The notes under the pieces are model-generated. The model worked only from the letters and a program-made list of their open reading frames with translations, did no database searches and had not been told where the DNA came from. This document shows positions 29,613-38,102 of a DNA stretch of 45,611 nt, one piece after another. Positions within the stretch are counted from its first letter, which is position 1. Every line of letters begins with the position of its first letter. The translations under genes were made by a program, and so were the position numbers. This DNA comes from a virus (taxonomy: Duplodnaviria > Caudoviricetes). The DNA lies in IMG/VR virus record IMGVR_UViG_3300027975_000006, positions 1 through 45,611 of that record, one strand, 5' to 3'.

Positions 29613-30199
29613 CGGCGGCATTTCCCACGGTGGGAACTCGGCCCGGCCCGGACTGGTTCACCGGCGGGTACGCGGAGGCCGCGTTCGCCCGGCATCTGCT
29701 GCCGTTGGCCGGGCAGCCGTTGCAGTGCCTCCAGATCGGCGCGTACTGCGGCGACGCGAGCGTGTGGCTGCTGGAGAACGTGCTGACCGAGGTCGGCGGC
29801 TGGCTGGTGGACGTGGACACGTGGGTGGGGTCCGCTGAGATCGACCACGAGGCGATCAACTTCGGTGCGGTCAACCAGTTCTACCTCGACCGGATGAAGC
29901 ACTACACCCGGGTGGGCAAGTTCACCGGCACGTCGGATGACTACTTCTCCATGCGCCCGGCGGCGTTCGACTTCATCTACGTGGACGGTGCGCACACCGC
30001 CGAGCAGGTGCTCCGCGACGCGGTGAACGCGGACCGGTTCCTCAAGGTCGGTGGGCTGCTCGCGTTCGATGACTACGCGTGGGGCGGTGGCGCGCGGGAC
30101 GTGCCGAAGCCAGCGATTGACGCGTTCCTGCGGTGCTACGAGCAGCGCTACGAGGTGCTGGAGATCGACCTACAGGTCTGGGCGAGGAAGGTGCGATGA
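29609..30199 (+). CDS. Class I SAM-dependent methyltransferase (Methyltransf_24-like)
   Basis: LQIGAYCGDAS, VDVDTW, FDFIYVDGAH, LKVGGLLAFDDY motifs. Confidence 0.85.
   Translation: MTAAFPTVGTRPGPDWFTGGYAEAAFARHLLPLAGQPLQCLQIGAYCGDASVWLLENVLTEVGGWLVDVDTWVGSAEIDHEAINFGAVNQFYLDRMKHYTRVGKFTGTSDDYFSMRPAAFDFIYVDGAHTAEQVLRDAVNADRFLKVGGLLAFDDYAWGGGARDVPKPAIDAFLRCYEQRYEVLEIDLQVWARKVR
29622..29636. repeat. Palindromic site 5 (TTCCCACGGTGGGAA)
   Basis: Exact motif within the first codons of the methyltransferase. Confidence 0.85.
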
Positions 30200-31131
30200 A
30201 GGTCGTCGTCAGTTCGATCATGTTGGACGAGCCGCTGGAGTTCATCGAGCGCTGGGCGAAGTCGGCTCTGGACGCTGACGAGATGGTGCTCGTTGACACC
30301 GGTTCCTCACCGGAGCAGATCGGGTTCGCCCGCCACCTCGGCATCACTGTCCACGAGATCGCGGTGCGCCCATGGCGGTTCGACGTGGCCCGCAACACCG
30401 CGCTGGCACTGCTGCCAGCCGACGCCGACCTCGTGGTCAAGGTGGACGTGGACGAGGTGCTGCTGCCGGGCTGGCGGGACGCCATCGAGGACGCCCCACC
30501 GGCGGACCGGTACTCCTACGAGTACATCTGGAACCACCGCCCGGACGGTGAGCCGGACGTGGTGTTCGCCGCCGACCACACGCACACCCGGTTCAACTGG
30601 CAGTGGCGGCACCCGGTGCATGAGGCGCTGCACTTCACGGGGCCGAACGCTCCGGTGACCGTTCACCTGCCGTTCACCATCGAGCATCTGGCTGACGACA
30701 CGAAGCCCCGCTCGCAGTACCTCCCGCTGCTGGCGCAGGCCGTCGCTGAGGCCCCGGACGATGACCGGATGGCGCACTACTACGCCCGCGAGTTGTTCTT
30801 CCGGGGCGACTGGGCCGGGGCTCGTGCCGAGTTCGTGCGGCACCTGTCGCTGCCGACGGCGGTGTGGGCAGCGGAGCGGGCGCAGTCCTACCGGTACCTT
30901 GCCAAGATGGACGACTACCCGGAGCGGTGGCTGCTCAAGGCGGCTGCTGAGGACCCGGGTCGCCGGGAGGTGTGGGTGGACCTCGCCGATCACTGGTTGG
31001 CCCACGACCAGAAGGAGCAGGCGGCTGGGTATGCGGCGCGGGCGCTGCTGATCCGGGGTCGGACTGGGGACTACATGTCTGAGTCGCACGCGTGGGATGA
31101 CGAGCGCTTGCGGTTGATCGCGGGAGGATGA
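30196..31131 (+). CDS. Family 2 glycosyltransferase with C-terminal TPR-like helices (311 aa)
   Basis: [17 protein letters not shown] (DxD), PVHE, YYARELF motifs. Confidence 0.9.
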   Translation: MKVVVSSIMLDEPLEFIERWAKSALDADEMVLVDTGSSPEQIGFARHLGITVHEIAVRPWRFDVARNTALALLPADADLVVKVDVDEVLLPGWRDAIEDAPPADRYSYEYIWNHRPDGEPDVVFAADHTHTRFNWQWRHPVHEALHFTGPNAPVTVHLPFTIEHLADDTKPRSQYLPLLAQAVAEAPDDDRMAHYYARELFFRGDWAGARAEFVRHLSLPTAVWAAERAQSYRYLAKMDDYPERWLLKAAAEDPGRREVWVDLADHWLAHDQKEQAAGYAARALLIRGRTGDYMSESHAWDDERLRLIAGG

Positions 31132-31135
31132 CCTC

Positions 31136-31729
31136 ATGGCCCGCCTGTACCACCGCGACCCGGGGACCGGGAACTGGGTGCCGTTGAACTTCATGGGCCC
31201 GACTGGGCCTGCGGGTCCGACGGGCCCGACGGGTGTCACGGGAGCCACGGGTGCAGGTGGGTTGCTCGGTCCGACGGGCGCGCAGGGGCCGCAGGGCGCG
31301 GCTGGCCCGACCGGCCCGCAGGGCGTCAAGGGGCTGCTCGGTCCGACGGGCCCGGCGGGGGCAACGGGGCCGACCGGCGCGCAGGGCATCAAGGGTGCGA
31401 CGGGTCCGGGTGGCGCTCAGGGGCCGCAGGGCCCGCAGGGTGTGCAGGGTCCGTACGGCGACGCGCACGACCGCTGGCGGATGGTCCGTGGTCGCACAGC
31501 GGTGCCGGGCAACAACGGGGCACCGTCAACGCCGGTCGGCGTCGCGTTCGGCATCACCTACAACGCGACCCCGTTCCCGATCTGCACCGGGTCGTCGTCG
31601 GTGATGGGTTCCACCGTGAAGGGCGCTGGCGTTTCCGATGTGACGACCACTGCGATCTGGGTCACGGTGACGCGGACGAACACCACGAACACCTACGTGG
31701 ACTGGGCCGTCTGGGGCACGGTCTACTGA
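31136..31729 (+). CDS. Short collagen + lectin-like head, cassette 2 chain beta
   Basis: 20-aa leader, 30 triplets; head with ICTG...GAG...YVDWAVWG. Confidence 0.85.
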   Translation: MARLYHRDPGTGNWVPLNFMGPTGPAGPTGPTGVTGATGAGGLLGPTGAQGPQGAAGPTGPQGVKGLLGPTGPAGATGPTGAQGIKGATGPGGAQGPQGPQGVQGPYGDAHDRWRMVRGRTAVPGNNGAPSTPVGVAFGITYNATPFPICTGSSSVMGSTVKGAGVSDVTTTAIWVTVTRTNTTNTYVDWAVWGTVY

Positions 31730-31743
31730 TGGGAGGGTGAGCC

Positions 31744-32337
31744 ATGCCGCTGCTGTACTACCGTGACCCGATCACGAAGGCGTGGGTGCCGCTGTCTGAC
31801 CCCGGCCCCGTCGGCCCCACTGGGCCCACCGGCGCTCAAGGGCTGCTCGGCCCCACCGGGGTGCAGGGTCCGACCGGACCGACTGGTCTGGCGGGGCTGC
31901 TCGGCGCGTTGGGGCCGACTGGTCTGGCCGGTCTGCTCGGCGACACCGGTCCCACGGGGCCCCGTGGCCCCACCGGTCCTCTGGGCCTACAGGGCGTGCA
32001 AGGGTCACAGGGCCCACAGGGCGCGCAGGGCGCGCAGGGGGCGCAGGGTGCAGCGGGTCTGCCCGGTCAGCCGGTCGGGCTGATCGTCCGGTTCGGGTAC
32101 GTGATCGTCAACCCGGTGGCGAACACCCCGACGGCGACCGCGATTGCGTTCGGGAACTACTACGGCGTGGGGTCGTTCACCCAGCCGCCGATCGTCCTCG
32201 TCGCGGCGAACACCACCGTGCCCGGGACAGTCCGTGCCGTCGGCTCGGACGCGATCACCGCATCCGGGTGCAACCTGATGATCTACCGGACGAACACGAC
32301 CGCCACCGGCCTGCACTTCATTGCGATGGGGGTCTGA
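31744..32337 (+). CDS. Short collagen + lectin-like head, cassette 2 chain alpha
   Basis: 20-aa leader, 30 triplets; head with FTQPPIV...TTVPGTV...FIAMG. Confidence 0.85.
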   Translation: MPLLYYRDPITKAWVPLSDPGPVGPTGPTGAQGLLGPTGVQGPTGPTGLAGLLGALGPTGLAGLLGDTGPTGPRGPTGPLGLQGVQGSQGPQGAQGAQGAQGAAGLPGQPVGLIVRFGYVIVNPVANTPTATAIAFGNYYGVGSFTQPPIVLVAANTTVPGTVRAVGSDAITASGCNLMIYRTNTTATGLHFIAMGV

Positions 32338-32338
32338 C

Positions 32339-33169
32339 ATGGGCAGGCTGTACTTCCAAGACCCGGCGGATCAGCAGTGGAAGTTGGTCCCCCTGATCGG
32401 CGTGGCTGGACCGACCGGGCCAGCCGGACCGCTTGGGCTCACCGGCCTGATCGGCCCCACCGGGCAGGCGGGCGCGACTGGGCCACAGGGGGTCGGTGGA
32501 GGGATCGGTTCCACAGGTCCCACCGGCCCGCAGGGTGTGCGTGGTGCGACTGGGCCGCAAGGTCTGATCGGCCCCACCGGCGCGACAGGTGGTCAGGGTG
32601 TGCAGGGCGTGCAGGGCGCGCAGGGCGTCAGCGGCGCGCAGGGCCCGCAGGGTGCGGCTGGGGCGAACCACCCGGTCGTGTTCCGGGTCGGTGGCTCATG
32701 GGTGTACCCGGCGGCGAACGCGAACTCGCAGGGAGACTGGACGGCGTTCTCGACGGCGTACGGCTCGGTGCCGCAGTGCGTGGTGTCGATGCGTTCCGGG
32801 GTGCCGGGCGACACATGGGTCGGCGTGTCGCACACCGGCCTGACCGCCGCAGGTTTCTACCCGGTGGTGTACCGGGCGAACACGACCGGCTGCTACGTGG
32901 ACTTCATGGCCGCCGGGGTGCGCCCGACGATGATGATGGCTGAGGAGCGGGCGCGCTGGGGCGATCTCAGCCAGCACGTGTTCTTCGTGCAGGTGCCGGA
33001 GGTGCCGAACGGCCACGTCCTGATCGAGGCGGTGTCGCACGACGTGGACTTGGACACGGGGCGGCTCCGGTTCTTCGACGCGTCGGGAACGCTGGTGGAC
33101 GAACTCGCCGGTGGAGAATGGACCAGCGTCCAGAAGGAATACCTCATCGGCGGACGGACGACCCTGTAG
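32339..33169 (+). CDS. Short collagen + lectin-like head + extra C-terminal domain, cassette 2 chain gamma
   Basis: 20-aa leader, 30 triplets; head with [10 protein letters not shown]...VDFMAAG; ~80-aa extension. Confidence 0.85.
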   Translation: MGRLYFQDPADQQWKLVPLIGVAGPTGPAGPLGLTGLIGPTGQAGATGPQGVGGGIGSTGPTGPQGVRGATGPQGLIGPTGATGGQGVQGVQGAQGVSGAQGPQGAAGANHPVVFRVGGSWVYPAANANSQGDWTAFSTAYGSVPQCVVSMRSGVPGDTWVGVSHTGLTAAGFYPVVYRANTTGCYVDFMAAGVRPTMMMAEERARWGDLSQHVFFVQVPEVPNGHVLIEAVSHDVDLDTGRLRFFDASGTLVDELAGGEWTSVQKEYLIGGRTTL

Positions 33170-33177
33170 GAGGGGCT

Positions 33178-33435
33178 GTGGGACGACTTGCAGATGGCAG
33201 CGGTCACGCGTTCGGCGTGGTCCTGCCCAACGGCGGCGAGCGGCTTTCTGCGGACAGCGATGTCATCGACGTGGTGGTGGCGACTGGGTGGGCGCAGTAC
33301 GCGGACGAGGACGGCGGGGTGCATCTTGTGCTGTCGGACTCGGATGCGAACATCGTGGCGCGCTACGCTCCCGGCGAGTGGGTTGATGTGCTGACCGAAT
33401 TGCCCGGACTTGACGAGGAGCCCGAGGAGTCCTGA
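33178..33435 (+). CDS. Small protein similar to the C-terminal extension of the preceding gene (85 aa)
   Basis: AGGAGG RBS; HLVLSDSDANIVARYAPGEWVDV vs [23 protein letters not shown]. Confidence 0.65.
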   Translation: MGRLADGSGHAFGVVLPNGGERLSADSDVIDVVVATGWAQYADEDGGVHLVLSDSDANIVARYAPGEWVDVLTELPGLDEEPEES

Positions 33436-33749
33436 TGGCACGGATCAGTCTTGGGCCGGAGCGGCGCCGCGACGGCTACGACGTGGCCTACGCGGCGGTC
33501 ATCATGATCGGAGTGTTCCTGTCGTGCGTGATCCTTGCCCTTGGGGTGGACTTGGCGCTGAACGGGCAGACTGCGATCAGCGACAACGGCCAACTGGTGA
33601 TCGTCGCTGGGATGGGCACGATCGGCAGCATCGCTGGTGGTGCGCTGGGCTACTGGGCCGGGGCGACGACGGCGAAGTCAGGTGGGCTCGATGACGAGGA
33701 CAGGCCGACGACTAGCGCGGATGGGCCGCCGGAGGACGAAGGGGCGTGA
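33435..33749 (+). CDS. Membrane protein, possible holin
   Basis: Two hydrophobic helices, acidic tail, upstream of the endolysin. Confidence 0.6.
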   Translation: MARISLGPERRRDGYDVAYAAVIMIGVFLSCVILALGVDLALNGQTAISDNGQLVIVAGMGTIGSIAGGALGYWAGATTAKSGGLDDEDRPTTSADGPPEDEGA

Positions 33750-33762
33750 CAGCGCAGTGAAG

Positions 33763-34047
33763 ATGAGCAGCGCGTGGAAGCGGCTCGGCCCGCTCGCGGC
33801 TGCCGTGTTCCTGCTGATCGGCGCCGGTATCCAACTGAGGATCGCCGGGGGCGACACGTCCAGCGCGAACTCCTCGTTCGCGGTGATGCTGGTCGCCGCC
33901 GGGTTCGTCGTCCTCGGCTCATGGTTGACGGTCGAGGTGTGGCACCACCACGACACGAACCGGCAGCCGCTAGGGCTGGTAGACGAGGTGACGGTAGTGA
34001 CGAAGGAAGTATCGGAGATTGAGCCCGAGAGTGAGGATCGAGCATGA
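33763..34047 (+). CDS. Membrane protein, possible holin/lysis regulator
   Basis: Two hydrophobic helices; stop overlaps the endolysin ATG; alternative start GTG 33757. Confidence 0.6.
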   Translation: MSSAWKRLGPLAAAVFLLIGAGIQLRIAGGDTSSANSSFAVMLVAAGFVVLGSWLTVEVWHHHDTNRQPLGLVDEVTVVTKEVSEIEPESEDRA

Positions 34048-35294
34048 GCACACCGCGCACGACCGAGGCACGCATCGACTGGTTCCTGTCGCACAACCCG
34101 TCAGGATCAGGGATGTGCGCGCAGCACTCGTGGCACTCTCTTGGGGGTGACTACGGCAACCCGCCCGCGTGGGGCTGCAAGAACGCGAACGCTGTCTACG
34201 ACAAGGTGAAGGCATCAGGTCGGTACTGGACGACTGAGCCTCCGCGCGGGGCGCTCGTGCTGTGGAAGTACGGGAACAACGGGCACGCCGCGATCTCCTA
34301 CGGCAGCGGCAAGATCGCCACCACGGACCCGACCAACAAGCCCGGCAAGACTGGCGTCGAGCCGTTGTCGTACCCGAAGAAGTGGGGCGCGGGCTCGTAC
34401 ATCTGGACTGACCAGTACAACGGGGTCAGGTTCTCCGTTGCGAGCAGCGGGCCGGGCAACGTGTACGTGTCGAAGTTGGTCAAGGGCCAGAAGGACTCCG
34501 ACTCGGTGAGCCGGTTGCAGGCGACCCTGAATGGGGTCAAGTTGTCGGGTGGCAGCAACTTGCCGATCACCGGCAACTACGGCGACCAGACCGCGAACGA
34601 GGTCATGCTGTGGCAGACGCAGAAGGCCACCGACAAGTCGGTCATCAACGGGTCGCTGGTGACTGCCGCGCAGGCCGAGGAGTTGTTTGCCGGGACTGGG
34701 AACAAGGTGATCGACGACACCACGCCGGAGCCGGAGGTTCCTGATCCGGGGCCTGAGACTGAGCCGTACGTCGTGGACCAGTTCGGCCTGTGGAAGTGGT
34801 ACTCGGGGAAGAAAACCAACGAGGTCACCATCCCGAACGGGGAGTGGAAGAACCTCGACATCGGCAAGCAGCCCGTGTCGGGGATCAAGGAGGACTCCAG
34901 CGAGCACCACTTCCTGTACCTGCGGATCGCACTGCCGCCGAACCGCACCGCGTCGCGCGTCATCGAGACACGGTTCGTGCGCTCCAATGGTGACGAGACG
35001 GCGTACATCGGCCCGGAGTGGACGGCGGGCTCCAAGGACTCCATCCCCTACATGAACATCCACTTCGAGGACGGCTCGGGGCTGGGTGGCCAGTGGCAGA
35101 TCAAGGTGACCGGCGGGAAGGACCCCATCAAGATCACCACCCGGTACGCCAAGACCCACATCCTCTACGTGGACCCGACGCAGATCAGTGCTGCTGCGGT
35201 CGAGAGGGCTTCTCGGCAGGTTGGCGGGCGGCTGGGTGCGATCCTGCGGAAGATCGCGGAGGCGCTGCGGGACGACCGGGAACGCTGGCGCTGA
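34044..35294 (+). CDS. Endolysin (CHAP/NlpC-like peptidase + peptidoglycan-binding + C-terminal domain)
   Basis: GMCAQ...PPRGALVLW...GHAAIS Cys/His pair; VSRLQATL...GNYGDQT...WQ binding motif. Confidence 0.85.
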   Translation: MSTPRTTEARIDWFLSHNPSGSGMCAQHSWHSLGGDYGNPPAWGCKNANAVYDKVKASGRYWTTEPPRGALVLWKYGNNGHAAISYGSGKIATTDPTNKPGKTGVEPLSYPKKWGAGSYIWTDQYNGVRFSVASSGPGNVYVSKLVKGQKDSDSVSRLQATLNGVKLSGGSNLPITGNYGDQTANEVMLWQTQKATDKSVINGSLVTAAQAEELFAGTGNKVIDDTTPEPEVPDPGPETEPYVVDQFGLWKWYSGKKTNEVTIPNGEWKNLDIGKQPVSGIKEDSSEHHFLYLRIALPPNRTASRVIETRFVRSNGDETAYIGPEWTAGSKDSIPYMNIHFEDGSGLGGQWQIKVTGGKDPIKITTRYAKTHILYVDPTQISAAAVERASRQVGGRLGAILRKIAEALRDDRERWR

Positions 35295-35440
35295 TGCTTG
35301 CCCGCATCCTGACCCCGTTCGTGGTCGTCGGCATGTGGCTGGCGATCAAGGTGATGGACTTGATGGACCCCGAGGACTACGAGATGGAGCCGGAGGAGGA
35401 GGACTTCGCGGAGCCCTCCGTGGAGGAAGTGGACGAATAG
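35294..35440 (+). CDS. Small single-pass membrane protein (48 aa)
   Basis: TGATG coupling to the endolysin; hydrophobic N-terminus, very acidic tail. Confidence 0.55.
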   Translation: MLARILTPFVVVGMWLAIKVMDLMDPEDYEMEPEEEDFAEPSVEEVDE

Positions 35441-35464
35441 CCACGTTCGACCCGAACTTGGCTC

Positions 35465-35470
35465 TACGAT
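35465..35470 (+). promoter_or_regulatory. Putative -10 element (TACGAT) for the second structural module
   Basis: Intergenic TANNNT upstream of GAGGAGG RBS. Confidence 0.35.
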
Positions 35471-35500
35471 GACCGTGCAGGCTCATCCGAGGAGGACACG

Positions 35501-35953
35501 ATGGCGCGCAGGACCAGCAGCACCGACACGAAGCAGGTGGACACGGACGGCGATGGTCGCGTGGACTCCATCGTCACCAGAACGACCACGCTGGTTGAGG
35601 AGGTCGTGGAGCAGGTGACTCCGATCGAGGAGGACTGTCCTCCCGATCCGGTTGATGAGACGGTCCCGGTGGACCCGCGCGCCGATGGTGACCCGGGGGA
35701 GTGCGGGGAGAACCCGTGCTACCAGCGAACCCCGCTGGTCATCGTGGAGACGCCGGGCCTCGCCAAGACGTACCAGTTCACCGCAGGGTGGAAGGGCACG
35801 ACGACGTGGGACTTCGGTGACGGCACCCCGACGGTGACCGCGCGTGGCACCGTGAGCCACACGTACGCCACGACCGGCGCCAAGACGGTGAAGGCGACAC
35901 CGATGGCGTCCGCGTGCAGGAGCGCGGGGACCAAGGTAGTCACGGTCGCCTGA
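35501..35953 (+). CDS. PKD-domain protein, probable virion decoration
   Basis: TWDFGDGT...SHTYATTG PKD signature; DTDGDGRVD loop. Confidence 0.75.
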   Translation: MARRTSSTDTKQVDTDGDGRVDSIVTRTTTLVEEVVEQVTPIEEDCPPDPVDETVPVDPRADGDPGECGENPCYQRTPLVIVETPGLAKTYQFTAGWKGTTTWDFGDGTPTVTARGTVSHTYATTGAKTVKATPMASACRSAGTKVVTVA

Positions 35954-36135
35954 TGGGCACCACTTCCCACCGTGGGTTTCCGTACCCGGAGCCCGCTGAC
36001 TTGATGAAGCCGCGCGTGGACATCACGGAACTGGCGCAAGACCTCGACACGAAGTTGCCGAAGATCACGTACAGCACGGGTGCGGCGCCGACGACCAACG
36101 TGCGGGACGGCGACATCCACCTCCAGTACGTCTGA
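35953..36135 (+). CDS. Small fibre anchor/adaptor protein (60 aa)
   Basis: GFPYP...D...LAQDLD anchor-like motif; C-terminal GAAP....DGDIHLQY; TGATG coupling. Confidence 0.65.
   Translation: MGTTSHRGFPYPEPADLMKPRVDITELAQDLDTKLPKITYSTGAAPTTNVRDGDIHLQYV
35964..35978. repeat. Palindromic site 6 (TTCCCACCGTGGGTT, 2 mismatches)
   Basis: 13/15 match, at the gene start. Confidence 0.6.
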
Positions 36136-36151
36136 GCGAGAGGTCTGACCG

Positions 36152-37447
36152 GTGGCTTGGAAGGTCCGCGACGGCGGTGCGTGGCGCGACGTGGATCACC
36201 CGCAGGTGGTGGTCGGCGGCGAGGAGCGCACCGTTGTCCGTGGGCTGGTCCGGGTCGGTGGGGTGTGGCGGCGGTTCTACCCGGACTCCGAGGTGACCGC
36301 CACGGCCATCACCAGCGGCCTGACTGGCACTGTCGAGGTTGGGGTGGCCAAGACGGTCGGCGGCACGGTCACGGCCACCAGCGGCTCGATCTCCGGTGGC
36401 ACGGTCACCGTGTTCCAGCGGCAGAACACCGCCTCCCCGTGGGTCGCGGTCGGGTCGGCCACCCCTACCACCGGGGCCATCGCCACATGGTCGGCGTCGG
36501 TCACGCCGTCGCTGTGTGGGGCGACGGAGTTCAAGGCGGTGTACTCGGGGACGGCGACCTACGAGGGGTCGGAGTCGGCGCCGCAGGCGGTGCAGGTCAT
36601 CGTGCGGGCACCGGCGAAGCCGAGCGGGACTGCGATCGGGACGACGACGGCGAGCCTGTCGTGGACGGCGGTGCCGGGCGCCACGGGCTACAAGGTGTAC
36701 CGGAACGGGGCGCTGGTCGCCACGCAGGCGGGCACCACGATCAGCCAGACGGGGCTGACCCCGAACACGAACTACTCGTGGACGGTGGTGGCCACGAACG
36801 GGGTGTGCGAGTCGGCGGCGTCTCCGGCCAAGACCGGCAAGACCGGGCAGGACGCGGTGACGGACTCGGGGTCGGCCACGATCGAGGTCCGCCCGCAGGC
36901 GACGAACTCCTACCGGCCCGACGTGGGCTGGGGGTACATCGGGGAGAACATCGGGCAGGGCTACTACTCGGACTCGGGCCGGAACTACACCGGCGTGCTG
37001 GACTACGGCGGTCAGGCGGCGTTGCAGGCGGCGGTGATTGCCGCGCTCGGCGCGAACGGTGCCACCCGGTTCGCCAACATGACGGTCAGCGACGCACGGG
37101 TGTACCTCTACAAGCGCACCGGTGTCGGGGCGTCCGGGTCCATCACGATCTCGTTCTTCAACAGCCCGGCGGTTGCCGGGTCTGGGGGCGCCCCGGTCCG
37201 CAACGGGACGAAGGTCGATCAGGCGTCGGCGGCGTCCGGCGCCGGTGCGTGGGAGTCGATCGGGACGGCGCACTGGCAGGCGCTCAAGGACGGGACGGCG
37301 CGGTCGATCGTGCTCTACAACGCGACGACGACGCACTACGCCCAGTTCGACGGCAAGAGCAGCGCGGCGAACCGGGCCAACCTGCAACTCGACTGCTCGT
37401 GGAACTACCAACTGACCACGGCGGTCACGCCTACGTGGACGAACTAG
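36152..37447 (+). CDS. Ig-like/fibronectin type III virion protein, putative adhesin
   Basis: Three N-terminal GG-turn hairpins; LSWTAVPGATGYKVYRNG...GLTPNTNYSWTVVA FN3 signature. Confidence 0.8.
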   Translation: MAWKVRDGGAWRDVDHPQVVVGGEERTVVRGLVRVGGVWRRFYPDSEVTATAITSGLTGTVEVGVAKTVGGTVTATSGSISGGTVTVFQRQNTASPWVAVGSATPTTGAIATWSASVTPSLCGATEFKAVYSGTATYEGSESAPQAVQVIVRAPAKPSGTAIGTTTASLSWTAVPGATGYKVYRNGALVATQAGTTISQTGLTPNTNYSWTVVATNGVCESAASPAKTGKTGQDAVTDSGSATIEVRPQATNSYRPDVGWGYIGENIGQGYYSDSGRNYTGVLDYGGQAALQAAVIAALGANGATRFANMTVSDARVYLYKRTGVGASGSITISFFNSPAVAGSGGAPVRNGTKVDQASAASGAGAWESIGTAHWQALKDGTARSIVLYNATTTHYAQFDGKSSAANRANLQLDCSWNYQLTTAVTPTWTN

Positions 37448-37456
37448 GAGGCCGAC

Positions 37457-37960
37457 ATGGCATGTGGCTGCGACTCCAAGATGGGCTGCGAGTGCGTGTT
37501 GATGAGCGGGGACGGCATCACCGTGTCCGGCATCGGTACAGCGGGCGACCCGTTCATCATCACGAACTCCCGGCAGCAGTTGGGGGTGGCTGACACCCCG
37601 TCGCTGGACCTGACGGTTGCTGGCAGCCTCATCTCCGGCAAGGTGCAGTTGGCGCCGGTGCTCAAGGTGGCCGACACGCCGACGGTGGACCTGACGCTGG
37701 CCGGTGGTGGCACGGAGGCGTCGCCGTTCACCCTGTCGGCAGTGATGAGCGGGGTTGTCCTTGGCGGCGGCGAGACTGGCGATGTCCTGACGCAGAAGCC
37801 GGACGGTTCGTGGGGTCCGGGCCCGGCGACGCAGGCCCCGGCTGGCTCTGTGGTCACGGCGAACGGGGTGAAGGGTGACGGGTCGGGCGGTAACCCGGTG
37901 CGGATCGGCGCCCGTACGTACGCGGAGTGGGAAGCGATCGTGGACAACGCCACGTTCTGA
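37457..37960 (+). CDS. Minor structural protein with GxGT..PF repeats
   Basis: GIGTAGDPF / GGGTEASPF / GDGSGGNP and 2x VADTP..DLT repeats; AGGAGG RBS. Confidence 0.6.
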   Translation: MACGCDSKMGCECVLMSGDGITVSGIGTAGDPFIITNSRQQLGVADTPSLDLTVAGSLISGKVQLAPVLKVADTPTVDLTLAGGGTEASPFTLSAVMSGVVLGGGETGDVLTQKPDGSWGPGPATQAPAGSVVTANGVKGDGSGGNPVRIGARTYAEWEAIVDNATF

Positions 37961-37975
37961 TTCCCACGGTGGGAA
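37961..37975. repeat. Palindromic site 7 (TTCCCACGGTGGGAA)
   Basis: Exact motif starting on the base after the last rightward stop codon. Confidence 0.85.
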
Positions 37976-37976
37976 G

Positions 37977-38097
37977 TGGTGCGGCCCGGCGCCGTCACCT
38001 TGGTCGTCGTGGGGCACCCATCTTGGTGCCGGTTCCACTGTCGCAGCATGTGGCTTGCTGCGACCCGGGCCTCGCCGGAGGTACGCGTCCCTCCGAC
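37977..38097 (-). other. Multi-hairpin element at the convergence of the two arms (terminator or structured RNA)
   Basis: Stems 37983-89/38065-71, 38013-18/38025-30, 38040-48/38056-64, 38076-81/38090-95. Confidence 0.45.
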
Positions 38098-38102
38098 TGG
38101 TC

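Noticed and set aside
18918-33169. 9-bp-period repeats as a CRISPR array or non-coding tandem repeat
   Set aside because: They encode Gly-X-Y triplets with variable third positions; no constant repeat-spacer structure and no cas genes
27773-33169. Diversity-generating retroelement or invertase shufflon acting on the paralogous heads
   Set aside because: No reverse transcriptase or site-specific recombinase in the window, no near-identical template/variable repeat pair, all genes intact and co-oriented
37977-38075. Canonical tRNA or HDV-like/hammerhead ribozyme
   Set aside because: No GTTCRA T-loop, D-loop or anticodon geometry and no ribozyme core motifs; kept only as a generic structured element
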